Source: Ylistrum balloti (lineage: Eukaryota). Taken from it: a stretch of 64,000 bases of DNA. Shown one piece after another: positions 1 through 12,757 of this stretch. The position numbers and the translations under genes are program-made. The stretch spans positions 558,001-622,000 of the forward strand of contig NW_026782128.1 of assembly GCF_031769215.1 (NCBI RefSeq), written 5' to 3'. The notes under the pieces were generated by a model, which saw only the letters and a program-made list of their open reading frames with translations, did not search any database and was not told the origin of the DNA. Every line of letters starts with the position of its first letter. The first letter of the stretch is position 1.

Positions 1-72
1 CATTGATTTCTTTCTCAAGTGATTCATTCATTGCTAGTGTTTCCTCCGTAACAATACAGCGGCTCACGCTCC

Positions 73-137
73 ATTGGTCACTTGTTTCTAACCAATCAGA
101 TTGTCTGTGATTGGACGTTATTTACCAACTATATAAA
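73..137 (+). promoter_or_regulatory. Cluster of three CCAAT boxes plus a TATA-like motif
   Basis: ATTGG 73-77, CCAAT 92-96, ATTGG 110-114, TATATAAA 130-137; CCAATCA (92-98) and TGATTGG (108-114) form an inverted pair. It probably lies in an ANKS1 intron and may be transposon-derived. Confidence 0.3.
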
Positions 138-3100
138 CACTGGTGATTTGTTTATTGAAAGGTTTTGTTTAAGTTTAGTTATCCTGAAAATGGAATATAG
201 AATATTTCAAACTTAAAATTTTCTTCAAATTCAGTAATTCTATTTATACTTTGACATGCCTCAGGTCATTTTTAAATGGTCAGCAACAGCCGATATATGT
301 TTTACAGTCCTACAGTTGTCTTCAGTTCTTGGTGAAAAGTTCCTGTAATGCTGAATAGACTTAGAACAAGGTTGGATTAAGGGTTTTACCTGTTTTCAGG
401 GTCCCATTTCGTACACAAACATATCCTTATCAATGTCAACTGGGTGCTTTTGATGGCAGATTCAGGATGTTTTCTGTTCACACGTAACACATTCTTTCTA
501 TTCACCTCCTTTGTGCTTTGTGGTGCTGTGACTTGGCCCTACTTTTCAAATCTAAAAAAGGACCTGTATCTAAAATAAGATGTCTTTTGAGTGAATATTG
601 AGTATAATGGTTGAAACTTTGATCATCCTCAACACTTAAATAATGATACAACCACTTAGTATAGACATTGTTTCAGGACACTTTACAGTTTAGCTGCTTC
701 TTGTATATAACAAAGGTGATATATTGGAATTCAGTCCTTTTCATTTCAGGTAAATTGAATACTTTGGATTATTAATTTAAGATCTAGAATGTGGAAGAAA
801 TCCATTTTAAAATCAAAAGTTTGATTATTGAGAAGACCAAGTATTGATCCTTGGGTTTGGTTTTATTGGAAACATTTGAACTGGAAGGGAATTTCTAGCA
901 TTTTTCCCCGAGATTAAACTTCACACGGGCATATATTTGTGCAAGTTTACGTTAATAGACTTTTAATGGATTTCTGATGGTGCAGCCTCATTGTGGATGT
1001 CCAGTGGAGCCTGACATCTGTACCTGTTGTCCCTCGCACAGAGCATGATCAACGAACATCTGAAGCTTAGGTTTTAATTGAAGAAAGAATTGGTAAAACT
1101 TAACCTTTATTTTATGAATTTGTCCAAGGAAATATGGACAAGTCAGGTATAGAGGAACCATATAACATTCAATGCATATGACCCAGCATGAGGCTGGGAA
1201 ACTCTGCCAGCTCCGGAGGTTTGCATTCCTCGGAACTTGGCCCGGGATTGGGAAGGAAAGCCACCTAGACTTTGATCGTGTCTTTGATGTGGAAATGTCA
1301 GCGATGGTGTGATTGGGTCATTATCCCTGACTAACCGGCCATCTTCATTCACATCTATGTGTATAGGCCCCCTCTCGATCTGGTAACAGGGAGGTCCAGT
1401 ATATGGGGCCTGATGAGTGTGAAAGCCTTGTGTCTATAGACCCAATGGTCCAAGGACCATTACCAAATCCATACCAGAATAAGTCTTGAGTGAAATGTGG
1501 CTATTAATATTAGTGTAGGTGGCCTTACTTGTGCTTTCTCTATCAGAATTAATCAGAATTACTATACTTAAAAAATACAAATGAAAAAAATTGGTTCAGT
1601 TTGGCTCCTGGACTAATGAATACCACCAAGATATAGGAAGAAATATCATATTTAAAGAACAAATGGAAAGAAATCATATTTTGTATTTAGATGAAAAATA
1701 TGGAAATAAAACCAGATGCTGGTGAATATAAGCAAAAATAACAATTTAACACAGATATGGCTATAGGTCTTTTAGAAAATATTTGATTTCTTTCTCCGCA
1801 AGTCTATTCCTGGACTTTGGTCAGTGTATCATTACCTCAGCAAATAGCAAAAGAGAAAGAAAAGAGAAAGGATATCAAAGTATTAAGAAAGCGCTACTTC
1901 AGTAAATAAGAAAATGAATATTTGGAGGAATGTTTTAGCTTTTTGGAAGCAGTGCATGAACAGAGCATATTGTTTAGAAATATTTTTTGTCTGGTTTGCT
2001 TTTCCTGGGAGGTCTGTGGTAGACATCAAATATAATAAGTCTTTGTAACAGTCTACTTGTCTTCTCTAATTTGATATTATCACTTCTTAATCAAGATATC
2101 TGGTGTCTGGAGATGTAGTGCATCCTAAGATATCTGCCTAGATCGAGTGATCAACATGTCTCGGCTGTATCCTTTTGTGTGACTACAGGGATTTATATAT
2201 CACATTGTACGAAACACTGTTTAAACATTGGGGGGAAAAGAGTATACAATCATCTATGGTTTCCATTTGTCTTCCTTTTATGTTTGAGTTTACTGCAAAC
2301 AAATAAAAAATTGTATATATTTCCTATCAAATAATAATGCAGCTGTTATTTAGAAGAGCATTTGAAAGAGACATTAAATTTAGAAAATATTACATGGAAA
2401 TTTTTTTGGGAAAAAATTGAAAAATCCTGTTATGGTTTGTGATGCCTTAGGTTGCACACAAATATTCAAGTGTACATGAATGGTCCTGAATTTGACCAAT
2501 TTATAATTTAAATGTTGTATCACACTATGATTTGTAGGATTTTTTCCCCATTACATAAATCCTAGTTTATGTAATTTGCATATATGATTAACATTAAATT
2601 CTATAGCATAATTTTCAGGAGTTTCTAGTGTTTGAGGAATTATTTAACCAGGCATGATTACTTAAATATTCTTCTGGTATGAAATTTTTACAGTTTTATC
2701 AAAATCTTTGATGAAAAAAAAAAGATGTCAATTTAACAGAAGTCATGTTACTGATGAATACTTTCTTGATTGATTTTATTTTCAAGGTGTTTTTTTATCC
2801 TGTGATGATTTTATTCCGTCCTTGAAAAGAGTGGGAAAGAGAAACCTTTGAGCAGTAAGAAACTTTACTCTGTATGTGATATACAGATGTCTAATTTCTT
2901 GTCACAGGCATTACATACCATAGACAGATAAAACTCCCAGAACTGACCAATACAATGGCTGAAAAAGATTGATACAATATCATCTGTTCTGTTTACGCTG
3001 TGTTTAACTCTGCGCACATGTAATTGATTACCTCTGCTGGTTTCTAAAACTGTCCGAATTGGTCAGATATTTCGTACTTTATGGTTTTGGACAGTTGGTG

Positions 3101-3690
3101 ACAAGTAATGGCCCCTACTGACCATGTTTGACCATGTTCGAGTTTGTCATCCTGCCAGGGTCAACAAGACGTTTTGAAAGGTTGGCTGAGCATCATTATT
3201 CCCAGTACACCTCCTACTAAGTATGTAACATGAAGAGGGTCAGGAAGCACAGAGACATTTAACCCCGGTCTGTAATTCAGACACAGGTGATCCTTTGAAG
3301 TGTCCGTCATATTGTTATCATGGACATATAGAGTTTCCTTAACATCTTTATTAACTCCTTAAACCATTTCTAAGTCTTTTGATTTTACCATTGACAGCTA
3401 GTTGAAGCATTTCAATTAAAAAGAAATTTCTTGCAGGAAAATTTCAACATTTTCGCGTCTTTTTTCTCTTTTAATTAAAAAGAAAAACAAAAAAACTCTG
3501 AAAAAGTAACACTGAAATACAAAAGACTATTGGTATGTGTAATAAAATGAGACAACACAATGAAAGTTTGTAGAGATATTTTTCTTCATTTTTTTTTAAA
3601 TTCTGATGTAAAGGTATTCTTTGTACAATGTAAAAGATAAAATTGGTCAGTTTAAGCCAACATAATTACTTGTTTCAAATTGACAATAAT

Positions 3691-4888
3691 TAACGAGATA
3701 AAGATCGGCTATTGTGTTGTCATCCTTTTCTGTCGCCTGTGGTTCTGATCCGTATTATTCACCTGTAGAGGATTTTGTTGCATTTTCTGACTACACCGGT
3801 TAGCAGAGGTTTCATCTGCGTGTAGAGGAATCGTCTCCTTTCGACAGATCCAATTTCAGCTGTATACTACATTTGTTTTCATCTAGTTATTATCTCGTAA
3901 ATCAGCCGTTCTGCTTCTGACATATGAATTCCACCAGTTGTCTTGAAATTTGATCTGGTAACTGTCAGTCATAGTGTTTAGTTTTGTCGTTTTCATCGAA
4001 TGTAAAATTATCATTCGTCTCTCCATTGTGCAAATGTTAACAGCCGGAAAACATGTGACTGAATTCCACATTCTCATTGGTTCATAATTCAAAACAATGA
4101 ATTAAATAAGTGTTCATTCATGATCGGGCCGATAATGTCAGTTTTGTTGATCATAAATAACCTATAGTGTATGTTAGTATAATGACTGAGTTAAATTGAT
4201 GATATTTAGCAACTTCATCAGGAAATATGTAAAGTACCTTCATAAAATGGTATATTACTTGGAAGTGTTTTGACATCCATTAAGCCTGTCCCATCCTTGG
4301 ATAATTTACGTATCAATTTGCATTGTTGGAGTTCCGATTGTAAATATTGCACCCATGAACAGTGACAATACACGTTTGTGTATATGTACCACATCACATT
4401 TTTGAGACGTCTATAGAACATGATAACTGACATTATTATATCGGCTGTTCCGGGATATAGAACACTTTTCAATTTTGAATTTTTAGCAGATTTTTAAATG
4501 ATAAATCCTAGGTGTTAGAAAAAAGCTCTGCGTCATTGTTTTGCACTTAGAAACCTTGGTTTGTTAAGCATAATTAGAGAAATTTGATAAATGTAGATAC
4601 AGTAAGATTTATCTGATCATGGAATATAATTGTCAGTAGAAGAGTTTATAAAAAGCACAGGTAAACGGATCACTAATTGCTGTGTTTTTATTCTTGCTTT
4701 AACTGCGTGATATATACTGCCCTGGACAGCGGGATGAATGAAAGGGTAATTTTGTACGTGGAATTTCATTGAGTGTTGTGGACAGAATCTACTCTCATTC
4801 ATTGTGGCGAATTTGATGATCCATTTATACTTCCTTGTGGTCGTCATATTATGTTTATTATCTGATTTAGTCTTCATTAACCTCGTTA
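3691..4888. mobile_element. About 1.2 kb insertion with short terminal inverted repeats and a possible TA target duplication (non-autonomous DNA transposon-like)
   Basis: Starts TAACGAGAT (3691) and ends ACCTCGTTA (4888): 7/7 perfect and 8/9 overall inverted match. About 30 CpG inside by hand count versus about 7 per kb in 5001-6000, and the CpG-rich block ends at the inverted repeats. No transposase recognised. Confidence 0.5.
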
Positions 4889-7444
4889 TACAGGTATTTA
4901 CTTAACTACATCAGACCAGTCCATTTTGATATACCTATTGTAGTCCCAGCCATGAGATGGGTGGTAGTAATTGATGCTGGTATACCTATCTGTCAGGTGA
5001 CACTTTTAAAAAAATACCTGTGGCCATCTGTTGAACACTCTGGTATGTTTTATACCTTTCATTATTTCAACCCTGGGATGAATAAAACTTCATTTCAAGA
5101 AAAAAGTATATAATGATAACATTTCTTAAAATTGACTATATCCCACCAGGAAAATTGCCTTTTGTAAAATTTTGGATTACATGTTTATCAATATTTGGTG
5201 ATGCTTTATTTGGGAGTTTTCTAAATTCTTGAGACCTGTCCACCTGTTCAATTAATGTATATTCTTTCTTTTAGAGAGAAATCTACCAAAGCACATTTAT
5301 TTATACATCTTGTTTGAATTCAAAGTTTTACCATAATATCTATTGAGTCTGCATTGTTTCTGACTGGCTTAAATGGCGCATTTGATAGAGCAACTACGAT
5401 AATTATGTAGCAGTCCATGCCCAGTAATAAGCCCATCCTGGTTAAGTCTATTGCATTTCATTAAATATTCATGTGCTTTTTCCACTTTTCCTGCAATTAG
5501 CCCACCCCATATATTTTGTCATGAACTTTTCCCATAGGCTTATTTCAGGATAAATTTTATTAAAATGAAAAAAACTTGTTGTAGTGATTCATTGCTTATT
5601 TCAAATATATCACCGTTAATATTCCATGTCATCATACATACAGCCTTACATCACATTACACATGTTTACACCTGGCTAAATAATTATCTTACCTGTAATA
5701 CAGACTCGTTAATGTTTAAATCTGCATCAGCTGGTCAGTTTACCTGGAGCGATTTGTAAATCTCATTACGATGATAGATAGAGGCTTGTACATATCTTCT
5801 ATTCTAACAGGTTTTTTTTCTGATTTGTTTATGTAAAGGATGACACATTGGACTCCTGAGGGGAAAAACATATTCAAACATAAACACAATGCACAGACGT
5901 TCTAAATGCAGTGTTGGTTATTAGTGAAACAAACAAAAAGTCTAGTTGATATTAGAGAGATAGATTGAGCTAGGTTTAAATTACTTTCTTCTTTTTTATT
6001 TCTTTTTAATTTTTTCCACTTCTTTTAGAAGTACTTTTCTTTTTTTTTTTAATTCTACTTAATTATCATGACAAGTAAAACATGAAGAGTCAGAGTGACA
6101 TTTTTGACCTTCAAGAAATAACATTTATACGATATTGATATACTTTGAGTAGAAATCTGAAGAAACCTGAAACACAGTCCATTTGAGATGTATTGAATAG
6201 GACATGATATTGGAGCAGAAGTCAGGTCAGAATTTAAACCTATGTTGACAGGCTGTTGTTGGGGTCGAGTCAACAGACAATAGTGGGATGAACAGGTCCA
6301 GGAGATAGATCTATGTGTTGTGTTTGTGGCGGGAATAGCCCAATAAAGCAGGGACAAAGACTGTATCGATAATGTCCTCATCAGTTTCAATCCAATTAGA
6401 CTATATAAACATCGGAGTAGTGTCCAACCCAGCACTGAAAGCGTGACATGTTATGATAAGGCGCGCTCCGGCTCCTGGTGTCCTGGCTAGCTGTTGTTCC
6501 ACACCTCCTCCTTACACTGACCATTGTATGGCCACACTGGACATGACAAGTGAATACTGGTCACCAGTGGTCAGCCCTGCCTCAGGACCAGTGGTGTCAG
6601 ACCACTGTTCATCCTTAACTGACCGTTAGGCCTGTGTGAATCTTTATTTGTATTAGTTCTTACACATATAGGTGGAAAACTATGACCTTGACCAGCTAAT
6701 GTATTGTAAATACTTTATCGCTGGTGGCTAAATCATATATCAGTATTGTAATCGAGGCAAATGAATTTGAAGAGAAGTGTAGGTGTACAATATACCAGGT
6801 AATGATCGTGTTACTAATCTCATTTCTTAAATTCCTGGTTATGTAAGGAGAATTACGATTTAGAAGATAAAAATGACACATACTTCAAGTTATTTTCAGG
6901 AAATGTCACATTTATCATTGTGTCAGTAGTCAGTATGAAAGATCAACAAATGGGCAAAATAAATGTAAGCTTTAAAGAAAGCTTGTGGCAAAGATCTACA
7001 CATAATGGTCCAGATGTCAGTCTAATGAGATAAAATCGTGGAAAAATTGACAATTAAAGTTTACATGCCTTAGAATTACGGGTATATTGGGGGAAAAAAT
7101 CAATTCAAACATAATTTAGAACATCTCAAATTTTTGTAAAGATCACCTGTACAAATACAAAGTGATCTAGGCAGTTATACAAGTTATGATGTATGTCAGT
7201 GATGTGACCTTCCTTATATAGGAGAAAATACAAAGAATCATAAAAACCTTTGGGAGTAAATGCTTGGGTTTTACTCCTGTCACTAATGGTTAGATATGTC
7301 CTACTGAATTAGAAACTGTCTTGAAAATAATTGCCTCTTGCTCATGTTTTTGGTATTTGTGTTAAAAAAATATCATTATTTATGGCTGTTGTTTGAGAAG
7401 AAATTATAGACAAATACATTCTGGTTTTTCATGAATATTTGCAG

Positions 7445-7621
7445 AGTCTTGCTCGAGAAATTATCCTGACCTTGGGAGAAGCCTTCGAGGTTGCTTACCA
7501 AATGGCATTGAAGGAAAAGGCACAAGCAGGTGCACTGGAGTTTGATCGACAGATGAGCCAGAGTGATGTTGAGCCTGATTCTATCAGCATCTCATCCAAG
7601 GCTTCCATTAGCACTGTCTGA
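7445..7621 (+). CDS. ANKS1: Last coding exon of an ANKS1A/ANKS1B-like (ankyrin repeat, SAM and PTB domain) protein: C-terminal helix of the PTB domain plus tail
   Basis: Acceptor atattttgcag| at 7444, phase 0. Translation SLAREIILTLGEAFEVAYQMALKEKAQ...SKASISTV* closely resembles the vertebrate ANKS1A/B PTB end as I recall it (NLAYEIILTLGQAFEVAYQLAL). No upstream exons found in 1-7444, so they probably lie outside the window. Confidence 0.82.
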   Translation, partial: SLAREIILTLGEAFEVAYQMALKEKAQAGALEFDRQMSQSDVEPDSISISSKASISTV

Positions 7622-8759
7622 AAAAAAGGGAGGTAAGTCATGTAGAAACTATAAGTCTATCCCCACAATTTACTGAATTACACTGCAATAAAACCAGGCT
7701 CAAAGTCAGACTTTTTACATGACATTGAGAAAAAATTTTGTAATTTGATTTAACATCAACAAATATGGATGGGCTTATCATCAGACTTGGCTTATGGACA
7801 GATGAAATAAACATTTCTTAAAAACATTTTGAAGTTTGGGAATTGAAAATTTATGCAACTAGAATTAGATAGACACATGAGCAGTTGTGATTATTGTAAT
7901 CATATCTGATGTAAGAGACAGGATGAAAAATGGCTGTCATGGTATACAGTACTGTATTTCTGTGTTGTTGAGGGAGAAATTGGTTGGTATTAGTGATATA
8001 TCATGCTGATGTGATCAAGTTTGTAAACTATTAACAGATGTACAAAAATTGGATCATTTGTGCATTGTACACATCATGTGACTATTTCTGGTACACTGAT
8101 GATCCAATGCTGTGTGACTTGAGCACTAATTTGTACAGACACATTTGGACAAGGATATATACATGAATAATAATTAATATTGATAAAGGTTATTAATCAA
8201 TATTTCCAAAATTACAAGATGATATTAAGAATAGGCAATAAGATTTGGCCCTATCTTCAACAAAATTATCATGTAATATTCTTAATGCAAAAATGTAAGT
8301 CTGACTTTAAGTTGTTTTTACATGGTTGGAGTGCTCTCCCTTGGATCAATACTACACTATACAGTGTTCATGGAACTACAAACATATGTCCATATAGAGA
8401 AACACTTCTTTCTGACGTGATCAGGAAAGACAATATAGACAAGCTGAGTAGAAATGCTGTCAGATCCCATTAAAACAAGTTATCAATTTTATGTGTGTGT
8501 CCTTGAGAGGCGGGCTATTATTCTGTAGGGGCACACCCTCCTCTACAACTACACAGACCATGTGACTTGGAGCAGGGTCGCCATGCTCCGTGACTTTGGC
8601 CATAAAATCACTGTACATTACATAAACAGACCATAATTTTAGGGCAGGTTGCGATAGGTGGGGAGGGTAGTTATTAGGTTCAAAATAGGTAAAAGATTAG
8701 AAAGATTTATGTTATATAAGATTCTTAGTTGATACATTAATAAGGCACAATTTTAGGAT

Positions 8760-9900
8760 ATTGTGGGCAACCTTTATAGTTTCGATTATAATTTACGTCC
8801 TAAAACAGATATACTGGGTGTTTTCATTTTTCGAAACTGGCTGTTACAGATTAAAATCATGATGGGAGAACTCGCTGATGATGTAAAACAGATATGCAAT
8901 AAAAATTTTAACCCAACAGGCAAATATTTTCATTTTCCTGACTGAAAATTAATAGCTTGGAAATTTTAACGCATACTGAGAATGTTAAATACGTATCGAT
9001 ATGCGATGTCACTTTAAAGGCGGTTAAATGTCTTTCACCGATTTTCTGTCCTTTGTTCGTGCGCAGTGACCTCCTGCAATCGATCCGTTCTATATCTCGC
9101 TGAAGGCTGTTTTGACGTGTAAAATATATGTTGCACAACAAAAGGCCATGTTCAGCGTTGGCTAGGCTTTATCTAGAAAATTAGTGTGGCCATGAACCAG
9201 AGCCAAGCGAGGTATGTCAAAAAGTTGCACCATCCAGCAAGCACCTGTCAATCAAAAAACACTATGCAAAATGTTCATAGTAGGAGGGGCTTTGCTATGA
9301 CTAATAATATTCATTTTTTTTTTGTTTTTTTTCGCAATTGGGTTCTTGCATGATCAATAAGTCTTCCACATAAGTCCTGTATGTGTTTAAAGAGTCGTCA
9401 AAACCATGTCCGGGCTTTTTTGACATAATGCGGGGGGCGGTGCTTATGACATTTCACATTGCTTTATTTGCCCATGTTTTGTAAATGTGTCAACCCCGAA
9501 ATAATCGATTTAAGAATTGCTTGCTTTTTGTGCAGAAACCATAATAACACCTTTGTTAGGCAATTGTACTAGCATATGGATCAAGTGTAGCCCTGTACCC
9601 TGGGCAGTCAGGCAAATATATAATCGCGCCTTGTAATCGTAAAACGGGTAACCCAACTTTTTTATTCGGATAATGGTGAACGTTGTTATTTCACTTTACA
9701 ACTCTATCGCATCCTGAAAACACAACAGGGCGAACAATAAATATGATATAATGTGAACGGTACTTGGTACTTTGTATATGCGATGTATGAAGAGAATCTG
9801 AAATGTTGATTTTCCATAAGACGATAGAATTTCATGCGATGTATTTTTAGAATGTCTATTCAATCCTCATGTAGATCAGGTTGATATGTTAAACGTCCAT
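8760..9900. mobile_element. CpG-rich inserted block, probably one or more transposon fragments
   Basis: More than 30 CpG in about 1.1 kb by hand count, inside CpG-depleted gene-body sequence. No termini or coding remnant identified. Confidence 0.3.
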
Positions 9901-10243
9901 TGGGAGTGTGCCATTGTATGTATGGAACTATGTCATTAATATTGGAATTGTGTAAAGATAGGGACGGAAAACATCCACACTAACATTTCAATAAATATGT
10001 CACTGAACATTGATGTTACAGGACAAAAAAAGAGGTTGGAAATATTGCAGGAATTAAAATGAATCAACTTTGTCTAAAGTATTAACAGGCTTGTTTGATA
10101 ATAAATTAAACCAGGCAATCAGCAGCTTAGGAAAAAGACAACACAGGCATCTGTTGTGTTAGTCTTTTAGAAATATCTCCCTGTCCATAACTCACCTAGC
10201 AATGGCCTAAAAATTGCTATGTAAGCTTGTTATAGATAGCAGA

Positions 10244-10405
10244 TTTGATACAGGATTGCCAACAGAAATTGACACTTACATATTCAGAGGCAATGTTAGC
10301 CACTTACCAACAGCTACTTAGAGACCTTAATGCATTAGCTAGTTTGATACAGGTTTGCCATCAGAAATTGCCATTTATTTATTTAATGGCTATGTTAGCC
10401 ACTTA
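10244..10405 (+). repeat. Degenerate direct duplication, period 99 bp
   Basis: tttgatacaggattgccaacagaaattgac...atgttagccactta (10244) versus tttgatacaggtttgccatcagaaattgcc...atgttagccactta (10343). Confidence 0.7.
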
Positions 10406-12716
10406 AGAGACTCTTTGTTTGAGTTAGCTGCTTAGAGTAGCCACCCAGAAATGAGCTTTTCACATTTGGTACACAAACATGGCACATGCGAAATGGATTG
10501 TGGTTCAAATTATTATCATTCATCTTAAATTGTCTAAGCTTTGATAGATATTCTGACTGCCGAGAAGCATCTTAAATATCATGGTTACATGCTGGATTGG
10601 CCGTGACAACACACCTTCTCTCAAACACTAAGATATTGCCAACGACAGCCAACATTCTTCGGAACAATGACATGAAAGACCTTTTGTGTAATTTTCATCT
10701 AAGAGAGGATATATTTTGAGGAGTAATGAATTTTCAGTCATAGAATGAGAAATTTAGGACAATAAATGTAGGATTAATCAGTTTTTGAGCTTTATGTATG
10801 TGATGGGTATTTGCTGTCTTTTATGAAAGTAATGACACGGGGAAAATTATCAATTTTTTCACATTTCAATTTGGAAGAAAAAGACATTAACCAAATATCA
10901 CCCAAATCCTTAAGAATTAAGATGCGTCCGAGACAACCCGGAGGTTTAAGCGGGCATCGGTAATGGTCGCTTTTATGTATTATGTCATTGGGAACAGAGC
11001 TTGTGTCATTTTTGTGTTAATCCGAGTATTTCCGGGGTGAAAAGTGTCAGTCTGTCCCAGGGGATTACAATGTCTTGTTCGGGAGCTAGCTGGCCACATC
11101 ATACTGTTTATAAATTTGTGCAGAATTGACTGCAGTGTATGGGATTATGTTTACTATACCACACTAACATGTGGAGAACAAAGAGGCCATTGTTTGGACG
11201 GAGGTTCGGGACATAGGGGTAAATAGGGGTAGAGATATCGCCGTGGCAATACTGGTCTTAAGATCATTTCTTTTTACCTTGTGACAAATTTAGCTGTCGA
11301 TATTTCTTTCTCCGAGTTGTGGATTTAGACAGATGTGTGTTTGAATCGTTGGTATTTGAACGGTTTGATAATGATATTTAATGCACTGATGTCACATGGT
11401 AGACACTCTGGCAACGGCAGTCATAGAAATCTGGAATCCTTGGACTTGCCCAGACCCTTCAACCCGTCAAACGTCGCTTTAAATCATGGTCTGATGGAGA
11501 GGGAAGAGTATATGGCAGTGTCAATGTTGTAACTTGTGCTGGGAGCTATTGCTACCATTTGTTACGGGAAGAGCAATGGCAATATTAGCATATCTGACAT
11601 TGTATAGAAACACTTCTGTGGTCACCATTACTGATCACAGCTATTCTGATTGATGAAGTGAAATTTATCTCGACTTTATCGGCCACGTAAACAGCAATAT
11701 CCCTATTGTTGAAAACTCAGTTTAGTGTAGTAGTAGAAAGGGTCCTACAGGGTCACATGAATTTTCACGGTCAGTTACTCTCTAGAAATAAGTACAAGCT
11801 AAATTGGTGTGGAGTTGTATTATTATGTAGGCAACCTGCCATATTGGTAATGGAGTGATCTTTACATAATGTGGCGATAATGTTTTGGCTCAAGTTTGTC
11901 TTTCACAATACAAGATAGATGGCGATGGGGGCCTTTCTGGACTCGGCTGAGATTTAATGCTTTGTTACAATCGTGTACCTTTCACGTGCTTTGTGATATG
12001 GAAGCTAGTCGACTTTCTTCCATAGCCCATACAGCTTATGCTATTTCGTGTCATTGCCATGAAAAGAACATGGCTTAATGTTTTCAACACTTTGGAAAAG
12101 AATGTTTTAAGAGCATGTGTTTCTATGTATAAAAGTGTTTCCCATGGGACCAGAAACACATTTTAAGCTATAGAAAACTACTACAGGGTCATGCAAATTT
12201 AGGCCAGACGTCTTTAGCCAGTATGTGTCCAGTATTTCAGTTTTCTATAAGAGTGCTCTCTCTGGTAATGTCTACTTGATAGCTGGGGTCATATTGAAAT
12301 ATGCTGCAGAAATTTGCATACTGAATGGACTGAACTTGACTGGTGTACTTATATAGAAATACAAAAGTAAAGCAGAATTGTACACATTATCAAATTAACT
12401 GTAAGCATGAGAGAACAAAGTTGACAGAATAAAATATCTGGACATGATTTTAATCTTTATGCGGTACTTAATTGGGGAATTTCAACAAATGAAAAATTCC
12501 ACTTCTGGACATTATTATCCATACTGAAATAAAGAAAAAGAAATATGAAGAAAAAAAACACTTTTCCCCTACGATTTTACACAACTTAAAATTCCACGCA
12601 TTTTACTGTTTATTTACTTATTATTTTTTCTGGCATTTTTGTTTTTGTTGTAACACCATCAGAGGTTTTAAAGCACCTTACAGATGATGTGTGTGGATTT
12701 GTGTGGAAATGACTTG

Positions 12717-12757
12717 TTGATTGATTGATTGATTTGTACATTGATTGATTAATTGAT
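12717..12757 (+). repeat. Interrupted (TTGA)n microsatellite
   Basis: ttgattgattgattgatttgtacattgattgattaattgat. Confidence 0.65.

Noticed and set aside
1405-1432. CTGATGA-gtgt-GAAA hammerhead-like string
   Set aside because: No stem II, and stems I and III do not form.
4617-4877. ORF segment KFHVQNYPFIH resembling PLE FxIVNFPF
   Set aside because: The flanking motifs do not follow, so it is too weak to assign.
6150-6185. CTGAAGA-aacct-GAAA-cacagtc
   Set aside because: Stem II is one pair at best and stem I does not pair at the core; likely chance.
1-7444. Search for upstream ANKS1 PTB exons (HEIRNI, FAYIT, YCHVF-type motifs)
   Set aside because: No matching codons with splice sites found by eye; the minus-strand ORFs at 1143 and 6055 have no recognisable homology.
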